Assembly (NCBI GenBank): GCA_964581465.1
Contig: CAZOOP010000006.1
Location: 13,766 to 77,765, forward strand
Length of the DNA: 64,000 nucleotides
DNA from: an uncultured bacterium
GTDB taxonomy: Bacteria; RBG-13-66-14
Direction: 5' to 3'
Position 1 is the first letter of the stretch. Every line of letters begins with the position of its first letter. The notes below the pieces were generated by a model that was not told where the DNA came from, searched no databases, and saw nothing but the letters and a program-made list of their open reading frames with translations. Below, piece by piece: positions 19,643 to 27,850 of this stretch. A program made the translations under genes and the position numbers.

Positions 19643-20713
19643 TTGCCGCTCTGCGGCGGCGCTCAGGCGGGCTCCCTCTCTCAGCGCCTCCGCCGGGCGT
19701 CGGAGCCGAACGTTCTCGAAGCTGACTCGGCAACGGAGGTCGAGCTGAAGATCGTCGTCTTGACATCGGGCGGCGACGCGCCGGGGATGAACGCCGCGGT
19801 GCGCGCCGTGGTCCGCTCCGGGCTCCACCGGGGCTGGGAGGTCCAGGGGGCACTCAACGGCTACCGGGGCCTGCTTGACGGCGAGCTGCGCCACCTGGTC
19901 AGCCGCGACGTCGGCGGAATCATCGACCGCGGCGGCACCTTCCTGGGCACCTCGCGCTGCCCGGAGTTCCAAGAAAACGAAGCGCGAAGAACGCTTTACG
20001 ATCGCCTGGTCCGGCAGGGTGTCGAAGGACTGGTGGTTATCGGCGGCAATGGCTCGCTGGCCGGAGCCCACGATGTGGCCGTGGAGAGCCCCCTGAGCGT
20101 GGTCGGCGTGCCGGCCTCGATCGACAACGACCTCTACGGCTCCGACAACTCCATCGGCTTCGACACGGCGGTCAACACGGCCCTGGACTCCGTGGACCGC
20201 CTGCGCCAGACCGCCGACAGCCACCACCGCATCTTCGTCGTCGAGGTGATGGGGCGCGAATGCGGCTCCCTGGCCCTCGAGGTGGCCCTGGCCGGAGGAG
20301 CGGAAGCGGCCGTCGTCCCCGAGGTTCCCGAAAGCGGGAACCTGGAGGAACTGGCCGCCCGTCTGGTCCGTAACCTGAAGGTGGGGCGCAAGAAGTCCGC
20401 CGTGGTCCTGCTGGCCGAAGGCGCCGGCGAGGCGCCCGATCTTACCGCCCGGCTGGCCGAACTGACCGGGCTGGAGTGCCGGGCCACCATCCTGGGGCAC
20501 ATCCAGCGCGGTGGCGCTCCGACCTCCTATGACCGCAACCTGGCCTCGCGCTTGGGCGCGGCGGCGACTACAGTCCTCGTCGAGGGCCGAAGCGACGTGA
20601 TGGTGGGTCTGGTGGCCAACCGGCTGGTCGAAACACCCCTGGTCGAGGTGTTGGCTCACGAACATCGTTTCAACCACGAGGAATACAAACTGCTCAGCGT
20701 CCTGAGCATTTAA
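19643..20713 (+). CDS. pfkA: ATP-dependent 6-phosphofructokinase
   Basis: Motifs LTSGGDAPGMNAA, IGGNGS, PASIDND and MGRECG are present. The real start is probably CTG at 19745, preceded by GGAGG with a 5-nt spacer. The ORF-track start at 19643 is TTG. Confidence 0.9.
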   Translation: MPLCGGAQAGSLSQRLRRASEPNVLEADSATEVELKIVVLTSGGDAPGMNAAVRAVVRSGLHRGWEVQGALNGYRGLLDGELRHLVSRDVGGIIDRGGTFLGTSRCPEFQENEARRTLYDRLVRQGVEGLVVIGGNGSLAGAHDVAVESPLSVVGVPASIDNDLYGSDNSIGFDTAVNTALDSVDRLRQTADSHHRIFVVEVMGRECGSLALEVALAGGAEAAVVPEVPESGNLEELAARLVRNLKVGRKKSAVVLLAEGAGEAPDLTARLAELTGLECRATILGHIQRGGAPTSYDRNLASRLGAAATTVLVEGRSDVMVGLVANRLVETPLVEVLAHEHRFNHEEYKLLSVLSI

Positions 20714-20724
20714 CCGGGATAACC

Positions 20725-21177
20725 ATGGGTCTTTTCTCACGTAAAAAGGACCGCGCCAAGAAAAAGCAGAAGCAAACGGCCCCCGAGCCCGCCAAGCCCG
20801 TCGTCGTCCGCAACGATCCACCGGTCAGCTTCTTTGTCGCCCCCGGAGACACCCTGACGGGGCATCTGCGAGGCAACGCCAACGTGCTGATCCGGGGCGC
20901 CTTCGAAGGGGAGATCGAGGTCTCGGGGCTTGTCTGGGTCGCCGAGGACGCCGAACTATTCGGCTTCGTCCAGTGCAGCGACGCCCATCTGGCGGGAAAG
21001 GTCGGCGGCACGGTCCGCGCCGAAGGCGTCATCGACCTGAACCCGAACGTCGAGTGCCGGGCCGAGCTCGAGTACGGCCGTATCTGGCGCGACGGCGCCT
21101 TCGAGAAGCCCCCCGCCCCCGAGCCGCCGGCCGAGGATGCCACGGCGCAAACCAGCGGAACGACGCCGGAAGGCTAG
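20725..21177 (+). CDS. bactofilin family cytoskeletal protein
   Basis: A beta-helical repeat core (G.L.G...V.I.G.F.GEI.V.G.V.V...A...G.V....) is flanked by a K-rich N-tail and a P/A/E-rich C-tail. Confidence 0.75.
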   Translation: MGLFSRKKDRAKKKQKQTAPEPAKPVVVRNDPPVSFFVAPGDTLTGHLRGNANVLIRGAFEGEIEVSGLVWVAEDAELFGFVQCSDAHLAGKVGGTVRAEGVIDLNPNVECRAELEYGRIWRDGAFEKPPAPEPPAEDATAQTSGTTPEG

Positions 21178-21444
21178 CCCGGCGACAGGCTCGGTACGCC
21201 GGCCGTAACACGTATCTACGTCGCCTGATCGACCCGCACCGTGCAAGCGTCCCACGAGACGAAACAGCCCACCCGGTGAGAACTCCGCTCCCGCCGAAGC
21301 GCCGTCGCCCCGGTTTGCGTCGCGCGATCCTCCGGAGGTGAGCGGCGGGGAGCGAACAGCGAGGGACGCTAAATCCAGCGGTCGGCCCGGTTCGACCGGA
21401 CGAACCCTCAGCGCCGAAACCCGGCGTTACGTGAAGGAGTAAAG

Positions 21445-21807
21445 ATGCGCACGCTCAGCATTGTACTCTGTATTCTGTTGGCCGGCATTCCGGCCCTGGC
21501 AGCCGATCCCGACGGTGATTCCGGCGACGCGGGCACGGAAAACGAAGACAACTACACGATGACTATCGTGGTCGCCGGGGCCATCGCCCTGGGTCTGCTG
21601 GCCCTGGCTCTGTTCTCCGATGATGACGGCGACGACGGTGACGAAGAGGTGATCGTCTCCTCCGACGACGGCGATACATCGGCGGCGGATTCGAGCGATG
21701 ACGGCGACGACGATACAGCCGACGATAGTACCGACGATGAAGACGGCGAGGCCGACGACGAAGACGTCCGCGACGCCGACCTCTTCCGCGAGATCGAGGG
21801 CGATTAA
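21445..21807 (+). CDS. small bitopic membrane protein with Asp-rich tail
   Basis: RBS GAAGGAG, signal peptide, one TM (IVVAGAIALGLLALALF), then a D/E-rich tail of about 60 aa. Confidence 0.55.
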   Translation: MRTLSIVLCILLAGIPALAADPDGDSGDAGTENEDNYTMTIVVAGAIALGLLALALFSDDDGDDGDEEVIVSSDDGDTSAADSSDDGDDDTADDSTDDEDGEADDEDVRDADLFREIEGD

Positions 21808-21827
21808 CTCCCAACCCGAGGAAGACG

Positions 21828-22781
21828 ATGCGGCTGATGCGAAATCCACGGTTGTTACTGCCGTTTCTCCCGGTACTCTTCGCCCTGGCGCTGACGGGCT
21901 GTGAAGAGGAAGAGACCGCGATTGTCGAACCCGGCACCTGCTGGGTCTACTCCAGTAACTCTGATCGCTTGACCCTGGTCGACGACAACGGTGACCTCGA
22001 TATCGTCGTCAACGATCCCGGGGCGGCCGCCGCGCTGGCCGCCGACACCAACGACGGCACAGTCTGGCTGGTCGATACGGCCAACCGGCGGCTGCTCAAG
22101 TACAGCCCCGAGGGTGTCCTGCTGCGACTGATCAGCGGATTCGCCGGACCCCTCGACGTGGCCGTCAACCCCGATACCCGCGATGTCTATCTACTTGACG
22201 CCGGCGCGGGGAGTCTGACCGCTTTCGATAAAGACGGCGAGGAGCTCTGGAGCCTGGACGCATCCTACCAGCCCGTCGAGGTCGTCATCAGCGGCGCCGC
22301 CGGCGCCCGGCGGCTGATCATCATCGGACCCGACGAGCTGCGTTGCGTTGACGCCGAGCTGGGTCAGCAGCTCTGGAGCCTCGACATAGAACGCGACCTG
22401 GAGTACCGAATCGATGCCGCTGTCGAGGCCGAATCGTTCTGGCTCTGCGACGGCGACACCCTCGATCGACGCTCCTTGAACGACGGTTCGGTCGAGTACA
22501 ACCACGACGACGCCGCACAGCCCCGGCGCGTGGGCGTCAACAACCTGGGTTGCTGGTTCTACGACGCCGCCGACGGTGATCTGTATCTCATCGACGACAC
22601 CGGCGCCGAACTGGCCGAGATCGAAGACCTGCCCGGCGTGCCCGAACTGGGCGGCACCGGCGACAAGCTCTGGCTGATCGTCGAGAGCGACGATCTGGTG
22701 GCCCTCTACGACGATAACGGCGACGAGGTCGTGCGCACCACCGCCGTGGTCGGCCCGGCGGTGCTGGGTCCCGTGCGCTGA
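21828..22781 (+). CDS. lipoprotein with beta-propeller-like repeats, unknown function
   Basis: Lipobox ALTGC. Repeated D..G.(L/V)W(L/S)(V/L)D-type units are present. Confidence 0.6.
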   Translation: MRLMRNPRLLLPFLPVLFALALTGCEEEETAIVEPGTCWVYSSNSDRLTLVDDNGDLDIVVNDPGAAAALAADTNDGTVWLVDTANRRLLKYSPEGVLLRLISGFAGPLDVAVNPDTRDVYLLDAGAGSLTAFDKDGEELWSLDASYQPVEVVISGAAGARRLIIIGPDELRCVDAELGQQLWSLDIERDLEYRIDAAVEAESFWLCDGDTLDRRSLNDGSVEYNHDDAAQPRRVGVNNLGCWFYDAADGDLYLIDDTGAELAEIEDLPGVPELGGTGDKLWLIVESDDLVALYDDNGDEVVRTTAVVGPAVLGPVR

Positions 22782-22804
22782 CGACGACTGTTCACAATTG
22801 CTCG

Positions 22805-22830
22805 ACAAAGGACCCCGAAGGGTCCTTTGT
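22805..22830 (+). terminator. rho-independent terminator
   Basis: ACAAAGGACCC-CGAA-GGGTCCTTTGT followed by a T-rich stretch. Confidence 0.65.
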
Positions 22831-22952
22831 TACTTTCAAGGCTCGGCTGATTATCCCGACGGTGCCCGAGAACCTTGCCAGAACAGCCGCCAGGCGTTAA
22901 AATCGCTAATGCAACTTGGATCGTCGATCACCCTCCACCCGCCGGGAGCCCC

Positions 22953-23798
22953 ATGCAGGGTCGAGTAGAGCTGATGCGCGCCCGCCGCAAGCGGCGCAGG
23001 CAGCGGATCATCATCACCAGCGTGGTCGTCGCCGTGGTGCTCACCGGCGCCCTGCTGCTCTGGCGCCCCTGGGAGGATGACGAAGCCGCCGAGCTTGTCG
23101 ACGACGGCGGAGAAACCGCCGAGGTCATTACGCCCGACAACGGTGGACCGACCACAGGCAACGGCGGTGACGGTGGAGAAGAGCCCGCCGAAGTCGGGGA
23201 AACCGTGGGTGCAGGCCCCACGGACCCCGCCGAGCTGCGCTTCCTGCTCTGGAGCGCCGGCGGCGGCGAAAGGGCCGTGCGCAACGCCGAGTTCGAGCTT
23301 TCCCAACTCACCGGTCAGGCCGCTGAGGAGCTCAACCACGAAGTCAAGCGCCCGGCCTTCGACACCCGCCTGCCCTCCGCCGTCTACTACCACGGCCAGG
23401 CCCCCCTGCTCGCCAGCTTCTCCGCCTCCCTGGCCGACCGCCTCGACGGCGGAACCGCCCGGAAAGTGGAACTGACCATCGTTCTGGGCGCCGACATCCG
23501 CAGCCTGCTGGGCAACACCCCGGCCGAGCTGGACTCGACGGCCCTCGACGGCCTCACCGCAGAAGTGCTCAACGGCTGCGGCATAAACGGCGTGGCCGGT
23601 GAGACCTCGAACCTGCTGAAGCGCTTGGGCGTCAGCGTATTGAATCCGCGCAACTACGAGCACTTCGACCTGGCCGAGACCCGACTCTACTACTCGCCGG
23701 GTAGTTTCGAAGCCGCCTACGAGCTCAAGGAGCTCCTCGGACTACCGGGCAAGGTCAGCCCGATCCCCTACGACATCCAGGTCATCCTGGGCGATTGA
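22953..23798 (+). CDS. LytR_C (LytR/CpsA/Psr C-terminal) domain membrane protein
   Basis: N-terminal RRKRRRQR plus a TM segment. The C-terminal part VLNGCGINGVAGETSNLLKRLGVSV...ETRLYY is typical of LytR_C. The start is at the internal ATG. Confidence 0.65.
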   Translation: MQGRVELMRARRKRRRQRIIITSVVVAVVLTGALLLWRPWEDDEAAELVDDGGETAEVITPDNGGPTTGNGGDGGEEPAEVGETVGAGPTDPAELRFLLWSAGGGERAVRNAEFELSQLTGQAAEELNHEVKRPAFDTRLPSAVYYHGQAPLLASFSASLADRLDGGTARKVELTIVLGADIRSLLGNTPAELDSTALDGLTAEVLNGCGINGVAGETSNLLKRLGVSVLNPRNYEHFDLAETRLYYSPGSFEAAYELKELLGLPGKVSPIPYDIQVILGD

Positions 23799-23886
23799 GC
23801 TTGACAGCGCCTCCTTCGCAACGCTTATCCCGCCAACGGCGCGCAATGAACGGCAAGCGACTGCGATACCAACGGCTTAAAAACCA

Positions 23887-23918
23887 GGCGACGGATGAAG
23901 ACCTCCGTCGCTTTTATT
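23887..23918 (+). terminator. rho-independent terminator
   Basis: GCGACGGA-loop-TCCGTCGC followed by TTTTATTA. Confidence 0.7.
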
Positions 23919-23936
23919 ATCTTAGGGATTGCACAA

Positions 23937-23967
23937 CTTGATTTGGTCCGAACCGTTCCATGACGCC
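23937..23967 (-). mobile_element. solo X-type terminal repeat
   Basis: CTTGATTTGGTCCGAACCGTTCCATGACGCC is the reverse complement of the X left end. Confidence 0.6.
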
Positions 23968-24227
23968 ATCACTTATACCCTGCCAACCAATACACTATCT
24001 CCGATATCCACCCTTTTCGAAACTCTCTCCGCTGAATATCAACTTGCCTTGACACTAAAAATGGTCTATCATGTAATTGTTAAAGAAAACCGATAGATCG
24101 AATACTTTAGAAAGAATGCTTGCTGTTCCCCGAAACAACCAAGCGAACCAAAAAACATGACTCTTCCGGCGAGACCCCTGCAAAACCGCTCTCGGGCCGA
24201 CGACGCCACCTGGTTAAATCAACGGGA

Positions 24228-24307
24228 GGTTTTGGCACGTTTCTTGCGCCGACGCCGCGGCCTTATCTGGCATCCACGCCGGACTCCGCAAGAAACGTGC
24301 CAAAACC
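24228..24307. promoter_or_regulatory. palindromic pair of sigma54-type -24/-12 elements (face to face)
   Basis: On the plus strand, TGGCAC(24233-38)-GTTTC-TTGC(24244-47). The exact reverse complement GCAAGAAACGTGCCAA lies at 24289-24304. Outer arms CGCTCTCGGGCC / GGCCCGAGCGCG extend the palindrome. It lies about 125 nt upstream of the SLT gene. Confidence 0.55.
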
Positions 24308-24368
24308 GGCCCGAGCGCGACGGTATTGATTCGACTTGTTTTGCAAGGGTCTCGCCCCGCAGGTGTCG

Positions 24369-25031
24369 ATGAAAGCGAACTCAACAGCCCGACTGTCGTT
24401 GATCGTGTCGCTGATCCTCGGGATGAGCGGTGGTCTTGTTGCCGACGAGTTCGTCGTCCGTGACGGGGTGATCACCAACCTGCCGGCCCATCCCCGGCTC
24501 TACGAGCCCCCGGCCGAGGTGCTGGCCCAGCGCGAGGCCAACGAGGCCCGCTACACCCCGCTGATCGCCGAGACCGCCGCCCGCTACGGCCTGGAGACCG
24601 CCTTGGTCAAGGCCGTGGTTCGCGTAGAGAGCGCTTTTTACCCTCGGGCGGTCTCCCGGGTCGGCGCCCGGGGACTGATGCAGCTCATGCCGGCCACGGC
24701 CCGGGAGCTGGGCGTATCCGACAGCTTCGATCCGGCCTCGAATCTGGACGGCGGCTGTCGCTACCTGGCGGCCATGCTTGAACGCTTCGGCGGCGAGCTG
24801 CGTCTGGCACTGGCCGCCTACAACGCCGGACCACGCAGCGTCGAGCATTACGGCGGCGTGCCGCCCTACGAGGAAACGCAACGCTACGTCGAGCTGGTCT
24901 TCAAGCACTACGCCGGATACGGCGGCGCGGGGACCGACGGCGTCGCGACGGGTTTTGAGAGCCTTGCGCCCTCTCACCCGGTCTATGTCTCGCCCGACGG
25001 CACACTGACCAACATCCCGCCGTTGGATTGA
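24369..25031 (+). CDS. lytic transglycosylase (SLT domain)
   Basis: Motifs LVKAVVRVESAFYPRAVS..GARGLMQLMP.TA and AAYNAGP are present, plus a signal/anchor peptide. Confidence 0.85.
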   Translation: MKANSTARLSLIVSLILGMSGGLVADEFVVRDGVITNLPAHPRLYEPPAEVLAQREANEARYTPLIAETAARYGLETALVKAVVRVESAFYPRAVSRVGARGLMQLMPATARELGVSDSFDPASNLDGGCRYLAAMLERFGGELRLALAAYNAGPRSVEHYGGVPPYEETQRYVELVFKHYAGYGGAGTDGVATGFESLAPSHPVYVSPDGTLTNIPPLD

Positions 25032-25310
25032 GGCCGGAATGCTGGGGGGGGTGGTTCCTGCTGCAGATAGCGGAAGGCAGGGGACTCGGCCTGCCTTTCC
25101 TGTAAGGCTTGCTGTTGATGCGCCGTTAGGAACGACGAGGGCCGACCTGAAGGTCGGCCCCATTATCAATGACTAGGGATTATGCACCCAGTTCTGACCT
25201 GATTGTTCTTGTAACCTGCTGATAATAGACGTGTAGATTCAGTAATACCAGCACATATCATGCAGTCAAAAAGGGGCGGCGACAAGGGACTTGCGCACGA
25301 TAAACAACAA

Positions 25311-26014
25311 GGCATCATGGAACGTGATCGGACAAAACCAGGCTGATGGGGAGCGGCTTGCCGGGCCGTTATTCAGTTAGCAGTAATGCACGTTGTTGAC
25401 CAATCATTCATATAGCATTCCCTTAATACTTGTTATTACGACATTTAGAAGTCAGCGACGCTCTGATCTCAGGGCTCCTTCAAGTGCCTTTTTTTGTGCC
25501 TTTTTTGTGCCTTGATATCAGGGTTCGCCAAGTATCAGGCCCGTGATAGTCGCCTCTTTTTGACTGACCATTTTGTGACAGGTGTTATAAGATTAGGGAT
25601 CATCACAGACGATGAACAACACATTCGCAACTCAGGCAAGCCACCTCGAGAATGGTGCTCGGAGATTATCCTCAGCGGGGCGTCAACCAATGAAGGCGGA
25701 TAACGTTCGAAGCTGCTAAAGCAGCCAATAGAGCGTCGTCAGCAGTCCTCACCCACAGCCTGGACGTAAGCTGAGCGGAACCAACAGCCTCCGGCTTCCG
25801 GCGGAACGAAATGGAAGCCCAGGTAAATCGCGTCATGCATTGGTATCACAATGTAACGGTATGACAATGGCGGCGACTATGAGCTATAAAACATTGAATG
25901 ATAATCTACTAGCTGGATGATTCGGTTCTTTTGCGAGTGATAATCCCTAAGATTATCACCTTTATTATCAACAGGATAGAAATATGAGCAGGTCCGGTCT
26001 GTGTTTACGATCCC
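25311..26014 (+). mobile_element. X-type MITE (inner) carrying R3
   Basis: The left end is GGCATCATGGAACGTGATCGGAC and the right end is GGTCCGGTCTGTGTTTACGATCCC. With R3 and its duplication removed it aligns with the empty copy at 53493. Confidence 0.75.
25596..25947 (+). mobile_element. R-type element copy R3 with perfect 8-bp target duplication
   Basis: GGGATCATCAC...GTGATAATCCC is flanked on both sides by TAAGATTA. Confidence 0.9.
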
Positions 26015-26327
26015 AATTGCATTTCAGCAGTGTGTCTTCGATCAATCTTTGAATTGTAGAAGACGCGCAAGTGATGCATTAACAAGTAATAACGTTTCAA
26101 CTGCGGATCGGCGGCCAAGCGCGGCAAATCAGAGATGCTAAAAAGCACTCAGTTACTCACACTTATCAGCCCTGTTTGGTCCGAACACGTTCAATGATGC
26201 CAATGACAGACAACGGTAGTTATCGGGCGTCCAACTGCGCCTCCTCGCTCCGCTCAGCCCGGCCGCCCCGATTACCCATCAAGCATTGCGGATAGTTTCA
26301 ACCACCATTTGCTAAGCTTAATCAGAT

Positions 26328-26708
26328 TCAATCGGGTTCTTCGATACGCTGGATCTGAAAGGTGCCCGTGTCCGTAGTCGCGCCGTCGTCGTAGTCGATG
26401 CTCCCCCGCAGCTCCCCGCCGTCGCGGTAGCCGTCCAGGGTCACCGGTGGGGCCGAGAGGTAAAAGCCGCCGTAGAAACTGGCCCGGCCCTGGAAGCTGC
26501 GGCCGTGGGCGCTCTCGTAGCCCGTGGTGTAGCCGTCCGCGCCGATGGTCAAGCGCAGGGTCCCGGTGCCGGCGGCGTCGTAGAAGCAGAAGCCCTCCCA
26601 CTCTCCGGCGAGTTCGGCGATGCGGTCCTCGGCGTCATCGCAGCCGGCCGAGGCGAGGGCGAGCGCCAGGAGAATCAAGAACAGCTTAAGTCTAGCTATC
26701 ATAGTCAT
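26328..26708 (-). CDS. small lipoprotein, unknown function
   Basis: Signal peptide plus lipobox ASAGC. Confidence 0.6.
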   Translation of the reverse strand: MTMIARLKLFLILLALALASAGCDDAEDRIAELAGEWEGFCFYDAAGTGTLRLTIGADGYTTGYESAHGRSFQGRASFYGGFYLSAPPVTLDGYRDGGELRGSIDYDDGATTDTGTFQIQRIEEPD

Positions 26709-26846
26709 TTGCCGCTTTCTTGTCCCGCCGCGCGCCTTGACATCCCGGCTCCCGACGTGCTAGCTTCTAGCGTTACTATAGCCCACCGCGACGGGGCCGT
26801 CCAGCCCCGGCCCGACCAAAGCAACCCGCTGTGCGAGAGGGAGCCG

Positions 26847-27809
26847 ATGGAGAAAGCCAAGCTGGACTTCGAGCAACCGCTCTACGACCTGCAGAACCGC
26901 ATCCGGGAGCTGAAAGAGCTCGACGCCGAGGGCGAGATGGACTTCGGCGGTGAGATCAGCACCCTGACAGAGAAGCTGGAAACGATGAAGGAGCAGGTCT
27001 ACTCGAACCTGACCATCTGGCAGCGCGTCCAGGTGGCCCGCCACCCTGAACGGCCCTACACCCTGGATTACGTCAAGCTGCTCTTCACCGACTGGACGGA
27101 GCTTCACGGTGACCGCGTCTTCGCCGAGGACCCCTCGATCGTTACCGGGCTGGCCCGCCTGGAGGGTCGTCCCGTGGCCGTCATCGGCCACCAGAAGGGC
27201 CGGACCACCAAACAGAAGGTCAAGCACAACTTCGGCAGTCCCAAGCCCGAGGCCTTCCGCAAGGCCCTGCGGGTAATGGAACTGGCGGGCCGCTTCGGTC
27301 TGCCGATTATCAGCTTCCTGGACACCTCGGGGGCCTACCCGGGTATCGGCTCCGAGGAGCGCGGCGTGGCCGAGGCCATCGCCCGCAATATCCGCGAGTT
27401 GTTCACCTTCCCCGTGCCGATCATCATCCTGGTCATCGGTGAGGGCGGCTCCGGCGGCGCCCTGGGCATCGGTGTCGGCGACCGAGTCTACATGCTCGAA
27501 AACAGCTACTACTCGGTGATCAGTCCCGAGGGCTGCGCGGCCATCCTCTGGCGCGACGGGGCCAAGGCCCAGCTCGCCGCCGAGGCGCTCAAGGTCTCCG
27601 GAGCGCACCTGGTCGAGCTCGGCGTGGTCGACCGTATCCTGCCCGAACCCCTGGGCGGCGCCCACCACGGCATCGAGGAGACGGCCCAGATCATCAAGGA
27701 AACCCTGGTGACCGCCGTTGGTGAGCTTAGTAAACTGCCGATCGAGGAGCTCCTCGACCGGCGATACAAAAAATTCCGGGCGATGGGGGAGTTCACGACG
27801 ACGGGCTGA
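26847..27809 (+). CDS. accA: acetyl-CoA carboxylase carboxyltransferase subunit alpha
   Basis: MEKAKLDFEQPL...ARHPERPYTLDY...FLDTSGAYPGIGSEERG...IGEGGSGGALG. Confidence 0.95.
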   Translation: MEKAKLDFEQPLYDLQNRIRELKELDAEGEMDFGGEISTLTEKLETMKEQVYSNLTIWQRVQVARHPERPYTLDYVKLLFTDWTELHGDRVFAEDPSIVTGLARLEGRPVAVIGHQKGRTTKQKVKHNFGSPKPEAFRKALRVMELAGRFGLPIISFLDTSGAYPGIGSEERGVAEAIARNIRELFTFPVPIIILVIGEGGSGGALGIGVGDRVYMLENSYYSVISPEGCAAILWRDGAKAQLAAEALKVSGAHLVELGVVDRILPEPLGGAHHGIEETAQIIKETLVTAVGELSKLPIEELLDRRYKKFRAMGEFTTTG

Positions 27810-27850
27810 GTCCGCCGGGCGCACTCGATCCGCGACAGCGAGGAGACGAC

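Larger units (their letters stand above)
25176..26201 (-). mobile_element. X-type MITE (outer), split by insertion of a second X
   Basis: The ends are GGGATTATGCACCCAGTTCTGACC (25176) and GGTCCGAACACGTTCAATGATGCC (ending at 26201). The parts 25176-25310 and 26015-26201 sum to about 322 bp, the normal X length. Confidence 0.65.

Noticed and set aside
24120-24372. ORFs 24120-24329 and 24157-24372 (+), and the N-terminal extension of the sucC ORF (33492-33722), all reading through the sigma54 palindromes (shared ..LARFL..).
   Set aside because: The shared peptide is just the translated 16-mer. The ORFs are Arg-rich with no RBS, and the sucC homology begins only at the internal ATG at 33491.
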